A stretch of DNA of 64,000 bases from Plasmodiophora brassicae (GCA_036867785.1 CP145411.1:558001-622000); one strand, 5' to 3'. Counted from the first letter of the stretch, positions 12,767-24,136 are shown. Program-made: numbers and translations. The notes: a model not told the origin generated them from the letters alone.

Positions 12767-13876
12767 TTAGACCGAGTCGGGGATGCGGGACAGTCGTCGT
12801 CGTCGCTCCTGGGTGGCCTGCCAGGCGGCGTCGTGTGTCCTCTCGGCGACCTTCTCCAGCATGTCCATGCTGGCGGGCGTGCCGCTATCCGGATCGACCT
12901 CTTCGAGCTCGGGTGGCTGATGGGGTAGCTTGCTGCTCCTGTAGACGTAGAACTTGCCTTCGTCAACGTTCTCGTTCATGTACTCGAGGCACAGCTGCAG
13001 GCGGCTCATGGCGGCCCGTTTCCCACAATCGTCAACGAGCGCGTCGATATCGGCGTCGTGGATGGTTTTCACTCGGGCACATTTGTCTCGAACGCCAATG
13101 TAGAGACGATCGATCCCGCCGAGGAACATCTGGAGCCACCGGTACGACCCTTGTGGGATCGGCCATCTCTTGGCGATATCGACTTCGACCATGAGCTGTT
13201 TCGCCAGCGAGGGCGTGTCGCGATCAACGGCGTCGATTTCCGTCTCCATGAGGATCTTGAAATTCCCAATCCGGATCGTTGACGCCAGCAGAACCGACCG
13301 ATAGTCGTCGTCGAAGGATCGGTCGACCTGTCGGCCGGTGCATTGCCTCCGGAACTGGTACTTGACATCGCTGAGGTCGACTCTCTCCTTGTCGCGGTAA
13401 TATCTCAAGTATAGGATGCCATCGAGGCGTTGAACGCCCACCTCCCACTTGCCGTCGTCAGCGCCCATCTTCACCAGGTTGTCGCGATGCGTGACGATTT
13501 GGAACGGGAACTCGCCTTCCTCGCTATGAAGCTCGCCCAGCCGTCCAACGGCGAGCATCAGCGGCACAATGGTCGGCTTGGCAACTTTCTTGAACACTTT
13601 CTTCATGGACGGCTGCAGTTTGAACGGCAGCCTGGGCTCGTTGTAGATTCGAGGGCAGGCATTACCCGGGACGGACAGTGGCAGCGTCAGGGAGAATACG
13701 TCACGCGGCCGCTGAGGATTAGTCTGTCGCCATGCCATCGAGTAGAGCGCTATACGTCTCATATGAAGGCATGGCACGCCCCTGGCCATGGCCCTGATTC
13801 CTGCCAGCACGCGGGGATACCCCCTGCTCCCCACAGTCAGCACGGACTGCGCTGATTGCAGCTCAGTGAGCACACT
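12767..13876 (-). CDS. DXO/Rai1 (decapping exoribonuclease)-like protein with non-canonical catalytic motifs; 5' end uncertain or disrupted
   Basis: FQIVTHRDNL, VQRLDGILYL, KYQFRRQC, METEIDA, MVEVDI and RWLQMFLGGIDRLYIGVRD occur in the order of DXO motifs I-VI. Confidence 0.7.
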   Translation of the reverse strand, partial: SVLTELQSAQSVLTVGSRGYPRVLAGIRAMARGVPCLHMRRIALYSMAWRQTNPQRPRDVFSLTLPLSVPGNACPRIYNEPRLPFKLQPSMKKVFKKVAKPTIVPLMLAVGRLGELHSEEGEFPFQIVTHRDNLVKMGADDGKWEVGVQRLDGILYLRYYRDKERVDLSDVKYQFRRQCTGRQVDRSFDDDYRSVLLASTIRIGNFKILMETEIDAVDRDTPSLAKQLMVEVDIAKRWPIPQGSYRWLQMFLGGIDRLYIGVRDKCARVKTIHDADIDALVDDCGKRAAMSRLQLCLEYMNENVDEGKFYVYRSSKLPHQPPELEEVDPDSGTPASMDMLEKVAERTHDAAWQATQERRRRLSRIPDSV

Positions 13877-13954
13877 GTAGGAGAGTTCAGGAGGCGCGTA
13901 ACGCGTTGATGAGTTACCGGTGAGTGCGTACGGCTTGTCGATGGACGATGGGCC

Positions 13955-14696
13955 GATGGCTGTCGCAAGCTCCTTCTCGCCTTGGACGAATTTAGGCCGG
14001 CGGTCTTGGTCGCTTTCAGGTACTGAAGAACGCGCTTCGCCGCTCTCCAATGGGTGGTGCCGAAGTTGGACATAGGAAACTGATTGACGGCGTAGGCAAT
14101 GTCGGGGCGAATGGCGTTCATGGCGTCGATGAGTCCTCCGACTAGTTCCTTGTATGGGAGGCGGGCCCATGCTTGCCGTTGCTCGACGTTTGACGGTTCG
14201 TTGACCATTTCGAATCGGTTCAGTAGGGTGTCGACGTACGCCTCCTGGCTCAATGTAACCTCCCCACCTACACCGTGCTGAAGCTTGATGCCAACGAGCC
14301 ATGTCAAGTTCTCACGCCCGGTTGTTTTGAAGTTGGCGTCGAGGACGCCGGCCAACTCAGACATCAGGAGATGGTGAATTGTAGACGATTGCCAGGTCGT
14401 CGACGATGACAACGATGAAGATGCGCTCATTTCCGGTACGCTCGGAACAGGCAAGGATCAGCTGGGCCCTGCTGGTATCCAGCCGTTAGAAGCGTCGTCA
14501 CCAGGAGCTTGAACCATTGGAGCTGGGCTTGTTTCAGGTTGTAGTTGCTCTTGCGTAGGCGCCAAACCCAGAATGGGTGAGCGGAATCAACCATGCCCTC
14601 AGGTTGCGCGACATAGATCTCGTCCTCAAGTGTAGCGTACAGAAAAGCTGTCTTGACGTCACGTTGAGAACGTGATATGGCTCGTTGGCATTAAGG
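13955..14696 (-). mobile_element. Degenerate Ty1/copia reverse transcriptase fragment
   Basis: DVKTAFLYATLEDEIYVAQPEG, WRLRKSNYNLKQA, LSQEAYVDTLLNRF, PYKELVG, RPDIAYAV and HWRAAKRVLQYLK, with frameshifts. Confidence 0.9.
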
Positions 14697-15423
14697 TTCA
14701 GCACGGTGTAGGTGGGGAGGATACACTGAGCCAGGACAGGAGGCGTACGTCGACACCCTACTGAACCGATTCGAAATGGTCAACTGCAAGGGCGTCTCGA
14801 GTCCGATGGATCCAGGACAAAGGCTAAGAATCACCGAACCGTCAAGCGTCGAGCAACGGCAAGCATGGGCCTGCCTCCCGTACAAGGAACTAGTCGGATG
14901 ATTCATCTACGCCATGAACGCCACTCGCCCCGACATTGCCTACGCCGTCAATCAGCTTCCTATGTCCAACTTCGGCATCACCCATTGGAGAGCGGCGAAG
15001 CGCGTTCTTCAGTACCTGAAAGCGACCAAGACCGCCGGCCTAAAGTTCGTCCAAGGCGAGGAGGAACTTGCGGCAGCCATCCACTCTGATTGGACAGAAT
15101 GCCTCGATACGCGTGACCGACGACCGGCTTCGCCTGTAGTTTCGGTACCAGCACAGTGGCCTGGAAATCCTCACTGCAGAAGACTGTGGCTCTATCGTCG
15201 GCCGAGGCCGAGTATATGGCGCTAACAGCGGGAACTCGCGAACTCTTGTGGCTCAAGGAGATCACAAAGTTCTGCGAGGTTAGGGTGGGTCGTCCAGTGC
15301 TTATGTACTCTGATAGTCAAGGCGCCATTTCAATGGAAGCTACCAGCACCGATCTGCGCGGACGGTCGAAGCGCAACGACATTAGATACCACTTCGTTCG
15401 AGGTAAACTCAATGAGCAGTGAG
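14697..15423 (+). mobile_element. Degenerate Ty1/copia RT-RNase H fragment (inverted duplicate of the adjacent fragment)
   Basis: RPDIAYAV, WKSSLQKTVALSSAEAEYMAL, YSDSQGAI and RSKRNDIRYHFVR, with an in-frame stop and frameshifts. Confidence 0.92.
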
Positions 15424-15705
15424 CAGTGAGCACACTAGAGCCGCAGCTGGAGGTCTCAACGGACACATGCCTCATGAACCCCTCCCTGTCTCCTTGACAG
15501 TTGACTGTATGGACTCTGCGTTTGTATATTCAGAAAGGGCTCTAGTTTATTATTACTCGAGAGCCTCGGTCAAGGTGTATTCCGCATCACTGCTATGAAA
15601 GTCCCAACGTCACGCTCCTCAGCGCAGTCGGTCCTGCTGAGTGAATCCTGACCTACGGGTCGTCCTGAGTTGAGTCACGGTTGGTGACAGACCTAGATTC
15701 GAAGA

Positions 15706-16377
15706 ATGTCTGTGACAACCGCGATCTTATTGTGTGTCGCGGTGGCTGTCGACAGCGTGATTATTGTGGATTGGGTGTCGCCTCAGGCGTACTCGAAGAA
15801 CTGGGTGACGTTTGACCCGCGAGTCGGATCGCTGGAGGAGTTCCTGTCGGCATGGGCCCCGTCGACCACGAAGCGAAACGAACATCCTTGGATCTATGTG
15901 AAGAGTCCAGCGACAAACGGGAGCGTGCCTGTGCCTGATATTTCCGGCCTGCAACGTGGTTGCCGCCAGCTCATGGCCATGGGTGCGTTCACGAAGGGCG
16001 CCATTTTGGCATTGGCTGTTCAGCACAACGTCTTGACCGGGAAATGGATGCCGTACCCAGTGACGGCTGTCGTCGATACCGTCTGGGCGCGCCTTGCCCG
16101 AGAGGTCCACGGTGGTCGTCTGGGAATTGCCATCAAGGTCGCTCCGAACGCGGATGGGTATCCCGAAACAACGAATAGCGGCGATCGTCCTGGCCGGCAG
16201 AACATCAACGTGTACACGATGAACTTCACCGACGTTGCCGACGTCGCCCACGTCAGACAGCAGCTGAACGCTCTGGGCATCACGGAGCCGATAGGGTACA
16301 AGCCCGACGCATACACTTACTGCGGCGTGTACCCGGGCAACGAATGGGGCATCGGCGAGGAGATCTACCGTGCCTGA
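15706..16377 (+). CDS. DUF1917 / Bles03 (C11orf68, eIF4E-like fold) family protein with an N-terminal signal peptide
   Basis: LTGKWM, VDTVWARLA, IAIKVAP, NVYTMNFTD..DV..V...L..LG and YKPDAYTYCGVYPGNEWGI. Signal-like MSVTTAILLCVAVAVDS. Intronless. Confidence 0.8.
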   Translation: MSVTTAILLCVAVAVDSVIIVDWVSPQAYSKNWVTFDPRVGSLEEFLSAWAPSTTKRNEHPWIYVKSPATNGSVPVPDISGLQRGCRQLMAMGAFTKGAILALAVQHNVLTGKWMPYPVTAVVDTVWARLAREVHGGRLGIAIKVAPNADGYPETTNSGDRPGRQNINVYTMNFTDVADVAHVRQQLNALGITEPIGYKPDAYTYCGVYPGNEWGIGEEIYRA

Positions 16378-16832
16378 CCTGTTTGTTGGTCACCCAAGGT
16401 TACCCTCCCGCCAGGCGTCACCCAACGTAAGACCTGCCAGGTCACTGGCGAGAGCCGTGGACCGGGTTTGGAGTGTTATTGTGAAGTCAGAGCGGACAAT
16501 GCGGGCGTGTAACAAGGTGTGGTGCGGTTAGCACCGGGTGGGTCCCGCGCTTGCATCACAGGTTGTATGAGCAAGGCCCTCATCACGTTTTATAAAAACC
16601 AGGAAGGTTTTCAATAACACTGACGAACTGGCACGATGGGGACCCGCTATAGCGCTTCCTAAATCTGGCCTTCGACTATGGGACGCGTACTGCTCCGCGG
16701 TTGATGCCAGTGTATCACCCATCCCGCGTGAAGCAATGATTGTGTAGCGAACACTAACCAGATACGCCTACACGTGTATGTTCTTACGACCATCAACTGG
16801 ATGTCCCATTATCCACGACCTTGTGCGGAAGT

Positions 16833-18699
16833 CTAGGCAGCGTCTTCATCCGAATCATCTTCGTCATTGCCGACCGCGAACATTGATAAGGCGGAGCCAC
16901 GCGAACGTTTCGGTACCAATTTCACATCCTCGGCATAGACTTCGTTCAGTGGCGTGTACTCCTTCATAATGGCATCTGCAACATTGATCAGCAGGCAACC
17001 AGGGCATCCGGCGCACAGCGTCCCGACCAATTTCGCGTCGAAGTTGAAGCCGCTGCTTCTGGTTGATGATGAAAACTGTAATCGCGAGGATAAACCCGGT
17101 CACGACAAAGGCGCTGAGTATTGCCCAAATGGGGATCGTCCCGCGACTTGAAGCTTGACTGACGCACAGCGAACTATCAGTAACAGCTTCAACCGAGCCT
17201 ACTGGGAAGCAGTGGCCGCAAGCATCAATACGCTCGCCCAGCGTCTCACACTCTGGTGATGTCAGGCAAGTCGCAGGCTATGAATGCTGCCATGAGACGA
17301 GGTTGCGACAGCACGTGCTGCACCGGTACCTTGTGGTCATCTGGAAACATCATGCATATGAAGTTGAGTGGGGCGCACTTGGACAAGTCATTGGGAGTGG
17401 AGCATGACAGCTGGCTCTCGAAGACGGCGTCGTTCACAATAAGGACTGGAGCATAGTGAAGATTGCCGGGATCGTTGACCTCAGCTTCCAGCAATGAGTT
17501 TTCGCCATCTGTGGTTCCTCCCGAGTTGGCAATGCAATCGGATATGTCTTGCCAACGTGCGTTTCCGTCGGCGGCGATGACTGTTGCCGAGCACTGCTCC
17601 GAGAAATCGTGCACGCAGGCTTTCAGCCATGCCCTGCGGCGATAACGGCGATGAGTTTGTACTCCTCGGCATGACGACGCTCCTTACGTGTGATAGTGCC
17701 ACCACCGGTCAGGCCCGTACACTTTGGAAACGCAGAGTTGACGAAGAGATTCCTCGACAACGTCTTTGGACGACGAGCAATACCGACCACTGTTTGTGCA
17801 CACTGATTTATCGTAGCCGCGCTTCTCTGGGTATAGTAACCAGATGATCAGAGAAACGACCAGTTAGCAACCACAGTGAACGCAAACGAACGTACCAATC
17901 AGGAAGTGAGGCTGAAATGATATCACTTTCCCGAACGAAGCAAGCGCAGGGCCAAAGTTCTCAATGAAATCGCCGGCAGGGTGTCTCAGATCCGTATAGT
18001 AGTGGATCGGGACGACTTCGCCTTTCGCCGGTGATGGGAGCTGGACGCGTATTGACCCTCTCACTGTACGTCCTGGTGCCGACTTTGCAGCGTCAAGCAC
18101 CTTTTGTCCCTCGTTCTACAGTTGACAGGCATGAGCCCCACTCAGCGGTACCTGCGCTGCATCGACCAACCTTCTGCACCATTACGACGGGGATGCCAAT
18201 CTTTCGGCTGACAACCGTTTCCGCCCCGACGTTGACACCCATGTAGACAGGGTCTTCATCTCGGTCGTTGACAATGACGAGAGCAGCAGCGGCGGCCTCC
18301 TGTGCATTAAACGCCTTGTCCACAAACGTACACTGCCCACGTTTCGCGATTGCGATGTACCTGTCAGCACGTGGGTGAGGACACCTTTGTGCGTTACGAC
18401 CGATGCTTCTACGGTTCATAGGTCTGCTTTTCAGAGAAGATCGGGTTCTCTACACGCCCACACAACGTATCGCTGCCGTTGTGGACGAGAGCCATCACCG
18501 GCCCATTCAGCGTCATGCCGTAGAAGAACTTGCCGAAGAACGCGGGCATGGCCGGCAGGACGGCGTCGTCGTTCAGCTGGCTCACCAGGGTCATCGGCCA
18601 CGATATCTTCAAGGAGTCGCGCGTCGCCTGCAGCGCCGCCGATGCCAGATGGCATACGGCGATGGCCAGCAGCAGTCGTCGTCGGCCCGCACGCCACAT
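16833..18699 (-). CDS. Vacuolar sorting receptor-like type I membrane protein (PA domain), multi-exon
   Basis: Signal peptide, PA motif KRGQCTFVDKAFNAQEAAAAALVIVND, Cys-rich lumenal region, TM helix, and cytoplasmic IMKEYTPL (plant VSRs have IMAQYMPL). Confidence 0.75.
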
Positions 18700-18949
18700 G
18701 ACGTGACCGTTTTGCCGAACGGGCGCCGATATGACGATTGCCCCGTGGCTGCTGCGGAGTGCGCCCAAATTTGACGCCTGATCAGCGCCTGCCCTCACTT
18801 GAGGGGTGACCAATGGCAATGACTGCTGTACTACAGAGATACCTATCCGGATGGGATGTACTGTCAGCGATCGGGATCATTTTGCTGTACCATATAGCTA
18901 TCCTGTGGGGCACTCGCTGATGACGGGTGCTGGAGTACCTACCTTCGAG

Positions 18950-20900
18950 ATGAGGTCGGGCATCGTTTACGTTCTCCTCCATCTGCTCCTGGCTCGTTTG
19001 TCCTGTGCCGTGGTCGTCTTGGATGGCAATCTGACCGCCATCGGGGACGACATGCCATCGCCGAACTATCGCTTGGGGAATAACTCGTTCACGGTCTGCG
19101 CCCCGTTCTACGTGGTTCCCGCTGACGACCACCGCCATTATACCCTTCAAACATCACCGGCAAGCAACAAGATCGTCCTCGTCGACTTCAAGTTGGCGGG
19201 AGCCGCGAACCGATGGGCAGATGCCTGCCAGGCAGTATCGTGTGCGGGCGTTATGTTCATCAACGGGGCCGCCAACCAGATGCACTCCTTCTACGCTTAC
19301 TCCTTCCGACTGGCATCGCCTACACCGTTCACCAACGTTCCAATCGTCGCGATCGACCTTACGCAGACGCCGGCCTTCTTATCGACGATCGCGTCATCTC
19401 GCGCCGCCTATCTTCGCATTCGATCCGGCGACTTCAATGAAGCACAGTTCCAGGACGAGAATGTGCCGGCCATCTGGTGGTCCAAGATCCTGACGCTGGT
19501 TCTGTGCCTACTCAGCCTCTTGTCGTGCGCCATCCAGCTGACCCGGTTCCTGTTCGACAGCGACTGGCGAATTCGCGCCATACCTCTGGTGCCCGCCATC
19601 GTGCTCTTCCTGGAGCCGTTGGCCAGTATCTTTCGAGGCCTGCACGCCACCAACATGACACTCCTGAAGATGCGAGGGTTCTCGATGGGATTCACTCTGT
19701 ACGCTCAGCTGGCTTGCATGGCGTTCAATTACTTGTCGGTCGGGGCCGTATCATACGCGGCGTACGAATCCCTGACGGCCAGTGAGCCACCTTCGTTCAA
19801 ACGTAAACTCGCGATGACCATCGGGCTGGCCTTCCTGGGCGTCCTGTTCATCGCAGATCAGGCCCAAATGATAATCACAGCTGTAACTCTTACCGACCTT
19901 ATGGACACGACGTATCTGTCGCTGTTGTACCTGCTCTGCGATATCGCCGCCTCCATTGTCTTTGTCATCTTCGGCGGGCGTCTCGCCAAGCTGCTGAACA
20001 GCACGGCCACTAAATTGTCATCGGGCGAGGTATGTATCCATCATCCATTGGGCGGATCGCACTGGTTTGATGACCATGAACACCAGCGCGCTCGTCGTGA
20101 GCAATTCAGTCAGCGCGTTCGTCTGAGTGGCTGGATGGGGTTCGTCGTGGCTCTGACGCTGATCCTGTTCGCGATCTTCAATTCGACGAGCTACGACGCG
20201 CTGACCACGATCTACTGGATGATCCAGGATGCGTTCACGCTGGCAGGCCTGGTGCACGTTTGGGCATTCTGCCCCAGGTATAGCGCGGTCGACAAGTACC
20301 TCACGTGGAGCCGGTTCGGATCGACTCAACAAGGGACAACCGACAACTCCAAGGACGCTCCTATCCCTGGTCGGTATTCGCGCAATGCCCCAGCGTATCA
20401 TAACCGTGTGTCTGAATGTGGCCAACCTGCGATAAGGTCCTTCCACATCAAAGCAGCGCACAGGCTTCACTTCCAAAGCGTGATTACTGATTACTCGTCG
20501 CAACGTTCCTTCTACAGTTTCGTTTCCTTGACAAACGTCTTTCGTGACACTACTATCGCCCAGCGAACCAATAAACTGTCGTGTCAGAGTGCTAGCGTCC
20601 CAGCTGGTTGTCACCGGTTCAGCGCATGTCGCTACGTCACCGAACCTTCTGTTTGGCGAGGGTAGCAGCGATGTCCACGCCGGTGACATCCTCGATGGTA
20701 TCGGGTCAGTCGCGTGTCCCCGCATGACGGTCGTCGGTACATCTCCAGGTGCTGTGTCTGTCAATGTCGACTTCAATGTCGGATTGCCAGATGGCGCAGT
20801 CGCACTGATGCCAGACGATACCGACATCCGCACCGTTCATCGCAACGAGGTAGGTAGTCAGCGCATGGCGAGAGAGGGCTTGCCTTTGGTCGCTTGCTAA
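18950..20900 (+). CDS. Signal peptide + PA-like ectodomain + multi-TM (about 7) receptor-like protein; 3' end uncertain
   Basis: MRSGIVYVLLHLLLARLSCA signal, NKIVLVDF...CQAVSCAGVMFIN...VPIVAID (PA-like), then about 7 hydrophobic helices. Confidence 0.6.
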
Positions 20901-21516
20901 GCGCTCCCGTGATTTGCTGGTTGAATATTTTCATCTGACCATAGCGGATGACAAGTTTAATCGGCGAATCACTGAAGCGCTAGCTTAGCAAGCCCACTAC
21001 CATGCGTTGAAGATTTTCATGCATATGGGTAATTGCCGTTTCATTGATACACGATTCTGGCGTTAAACGGAGCGAGAAACCGGAGCGTCGATAGGACGTC
21101 AACGGGTAGAAATGCCGATAAAGTGTCAGTCCAGGAACGCCGATTGAGCGGTGATTCGTTGATTCGCTAAGGGTAAGATGAGGGCGCATATGACGGTTAC
21201 TTGACAGCCATAGATGGTCAGTGAAGTGTCAGATATGTCATTGAAGTGTCCACCGCTTCTAGGCCGAGAGTGACACTTCATTGACCCATTTGACTTTCTA
21301 GTGCCCGCAAACTGAATGTTATCCACGTTTTCAGTCAGTCAAAAGGTCGTTCCACATCACAGCAACGTACTATAAGCTTCGGCTCCAAGTCGTGATTACT
21401 TCCCCGCTTCAACGCCCATCTACGACCCCACTCCTTCATAATTCGCGTTTCGCGACATTGCTATCGCCCACACGCTTCGATAAACTGCCAATACAGAATA
21501 ATTGTATTACCGTGTC

Positions 21517-24136
21517 TTAAATTCCTGCCGGCTCTGGGTTACTGTGGGCTGGACCGTCGCCTGGGATCGGAGGTGCAGGATCGGCCTTCCGGTCCTGGTC
21601 AGCCTGGACGAGATCGCGAAGGGATTGCTCGATGGCAGCACGGCGCTGCCGTCGCAGTTGGACCTGTTCGCGTATCGCGAAACTCTTCATCTGGATCATG
21701 TCCTCGACCCATTGCTTACGGTCGTCCTCGATCTTTCTGGCCAGCTCGGCGATCTCCTTCTTCATCGATCGAACGGCGAAATCGCATTGGGCGAGGAACG
21801 CCTCGCGCTTCGCGGCGATCTCCTGTTGCCATTTGATTTCCAGAGCTTCCAGCGTCGACGTGTTCGTCGCTTTCAGCTCGTTCAACTTCGCCTCCGCTGC
21901 CTTCATCTTGGCACGCTCGCCGCGTTCGCGATCATCGCGTTCGTTCGCCCACCTTGATTCGCTCTGCGTGTACCACTGCTGGAACTCGGCCACCTCATCA
22001 TCGATGGCCAGCAGTCGTTCTTGAACAGGACCCGGGATGCTTTGCGTTAACCTCTGCTCCTTGGCATGTTGCATTTGCCTCGCCAAGAACCCGGCAACAT
22101 GCTGTTCGATCCGTTCCAGCAAATCCTCTCGTGTCATGTCCTCCCGTGGGTCGTCCCATGTCGTCAAGCGCCGATGGTGGTCCTTGTAGTAGACGCTGCC
22201 CGTTTCCGGTTCGATATGTTGGGAGTAGTGATCCGGTAGGGCACGTGGGTCGATCGTGGTCGAGGTATTCGCAATGGCACAGGAATGGTCGACGAACAGC
22301 GGTCGAGCGTTAGGGCCGGCGGCTTCCAGGGTCAGGCCCCACGTCGGCGGGAGGCTCCGTGGATCGGTCCACGTGCTGTTCTTCGTGACATGCGAGAAGA
22401 AGAACACGTCGCCGTCGAGCGTAATGCTCTGCTCCCACCCTGGCGGCAGGTAACGCGGGTCCAACCATGTCGTCTGCTTCGTCGGATGATATCGGAAGAA
22501 TACAGTGCCGGTCTCGTCAACCGCCAGTGTCCATCCTCGGGGCAATGCTATGCGAACCCGTTGCTCAGCACGGTACCTCACACGGCTATGAAATAGACGA
22601 ACGTTGCAGGTAGTCCTCGTCGCAGACGCGTCGTCGAATGCCAGTTATGCACAGGGTGGCGTCACATAGGGCGACCGTTGGCGCTCGCCAGCAGATCGTC
22701 GCACGAAGACTAGAGAAACGGTCGAGGCCTGGCAACTCGGATGGAATTGGGCCTATTCTTGGTCAGTTCGCGTTTAGCGATGCCAACGCGAAGGCGACGT
22801 GCGAACCTTGTAGCTTGCTTCGGCTTGGGGTGGGCGCATCATCCCACGCGAGGGCCCCAGGGTGGACGCCTGATACCGGTTATGGGCGGATGGCATACGA
22901 TTCCTCACGCGGCGGTACCATCATGAGTGTTGGCGCCACCAAGCATTTGCGACATTGTCGGACCGTTTGCGAATACGATCGTGCCTAGCGCCGCGACGTT
23001 CAGCGCGTTTAGCCAGAATGACACTCGGCCTTACCTGTGATGTGATCGGCACCTTTCGATATTCCGCCGTGAAGCTTTTCATCAAAGAGCTGGATTTCGG
23101 TTCGCGATGGGTGGAAGTCGGACATCGGCAATTGGCACTGGCCAAACTGGACCCAACGCGCGCTGGCCTCCTGAACCGACGTACGATGTTAGAAGAACGG
23201 CCATCCAAGACAACACTTTCCAGGTGGACCGTGTCGGATGGGCGCTGTTCGACCATAACGGTCAGGTTAATGAGGGCGTTCTCCAGATCCACCACGGATC
23301 CTGAAATCGGTAGCGGTGGGACCTGCTGCCACCGTGTGCTCAGCTGGTCGACCACGTCTATGACCTCCGATTGGACAGCAGTGTCGCGCCTGATGAACGA
23401 TATCAGTTATAACCTATATGGGCTGCCGACGCCTAACGCACCTGTTCGAAAACGAGAGGTCCACGCGTGCTCTAGCCAGGTTACACGATTCGTCAACGTT
23501 GGAGATCAGCGCCAAGTTAGACACGCAGCAAATAACACGATCGCAGATCTGGATCATTTCGATGGCCATTGCGATATGGCCAGCAGGTGCGCTTGCATCA
23601 TCCGTGATCAGCTGGAAGTCCTGCGACACCTTGTGCGCAGGGATAAGCGACTAAGGTTCGCCGAATCGAGGCGCGGGAATTACGGGTCCGGTCGCAACTG
23701 TGTACAGGTCGATAGTGGCGCTACCCAGAAGCGTGACTTCATGGCCATTGTCGCTGCGATCGAAGACGCTGAACACGACGTTGACGTCCTCGAGGCACTG
23801 CACGGTTGCGAATACAAACGTAAACGTTGTGCTCCAGCTTGGGGCATCGTCTGTTCAGACGCGGTGGTCAGTCCACATGATCGGAATAGACCACATTGGT
23901 GTCTGGGTTACCGTCCTCAATGAATTCGGTCTGCAGAAGCCGGTATTTGTTCGCGAAGTCAATTCGGCAGAAAGGGTTGACAGTTTGGGAGTCACTGGCA
24001 CCGCCGATTCGGTTTAAATACAGACAGGGACGGCGCCACCTGCGATCACCGACCTATTTGCCTGGCCGGCCAAGCCACTAGCGCCTATATCGGCTATGTG
24101 AACGATGAATCGTGACACTCCAGCACCGCTGCTCAT
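21517..24136 (-). CDS. C2-domain + four WW-domain + coiled-coil protein, multi-exon
   Basis: C2-like NPFCRIDF..QTEFIEDGNP and VFSVFDRSDNGHEVTLLGSATIDL. WW repeats LPRGW..TTWLDPR, LPPGW..STWTDPR, LPPTW..TTIDPR and LPDHY..TTWDDPR. Charged helical tail. Joining all exons into one gene is inferred. Confidence 0.65.

Noticed and set aside
12767-14302. 511-aa ORF as a genuine copia-DXO fusion protein
   Set aside because: The N-terminal part is an off-frame reading of degenerate copia RT, not a real domain fusion.
22955-23923. Long antisense ORFs here and at 43451-44926, 45243-46259 and 50542-51609
   Set aside because: Shadow ORFs opposite or overlapping real genes in GC-rich DNA, with no recognisable motifs.
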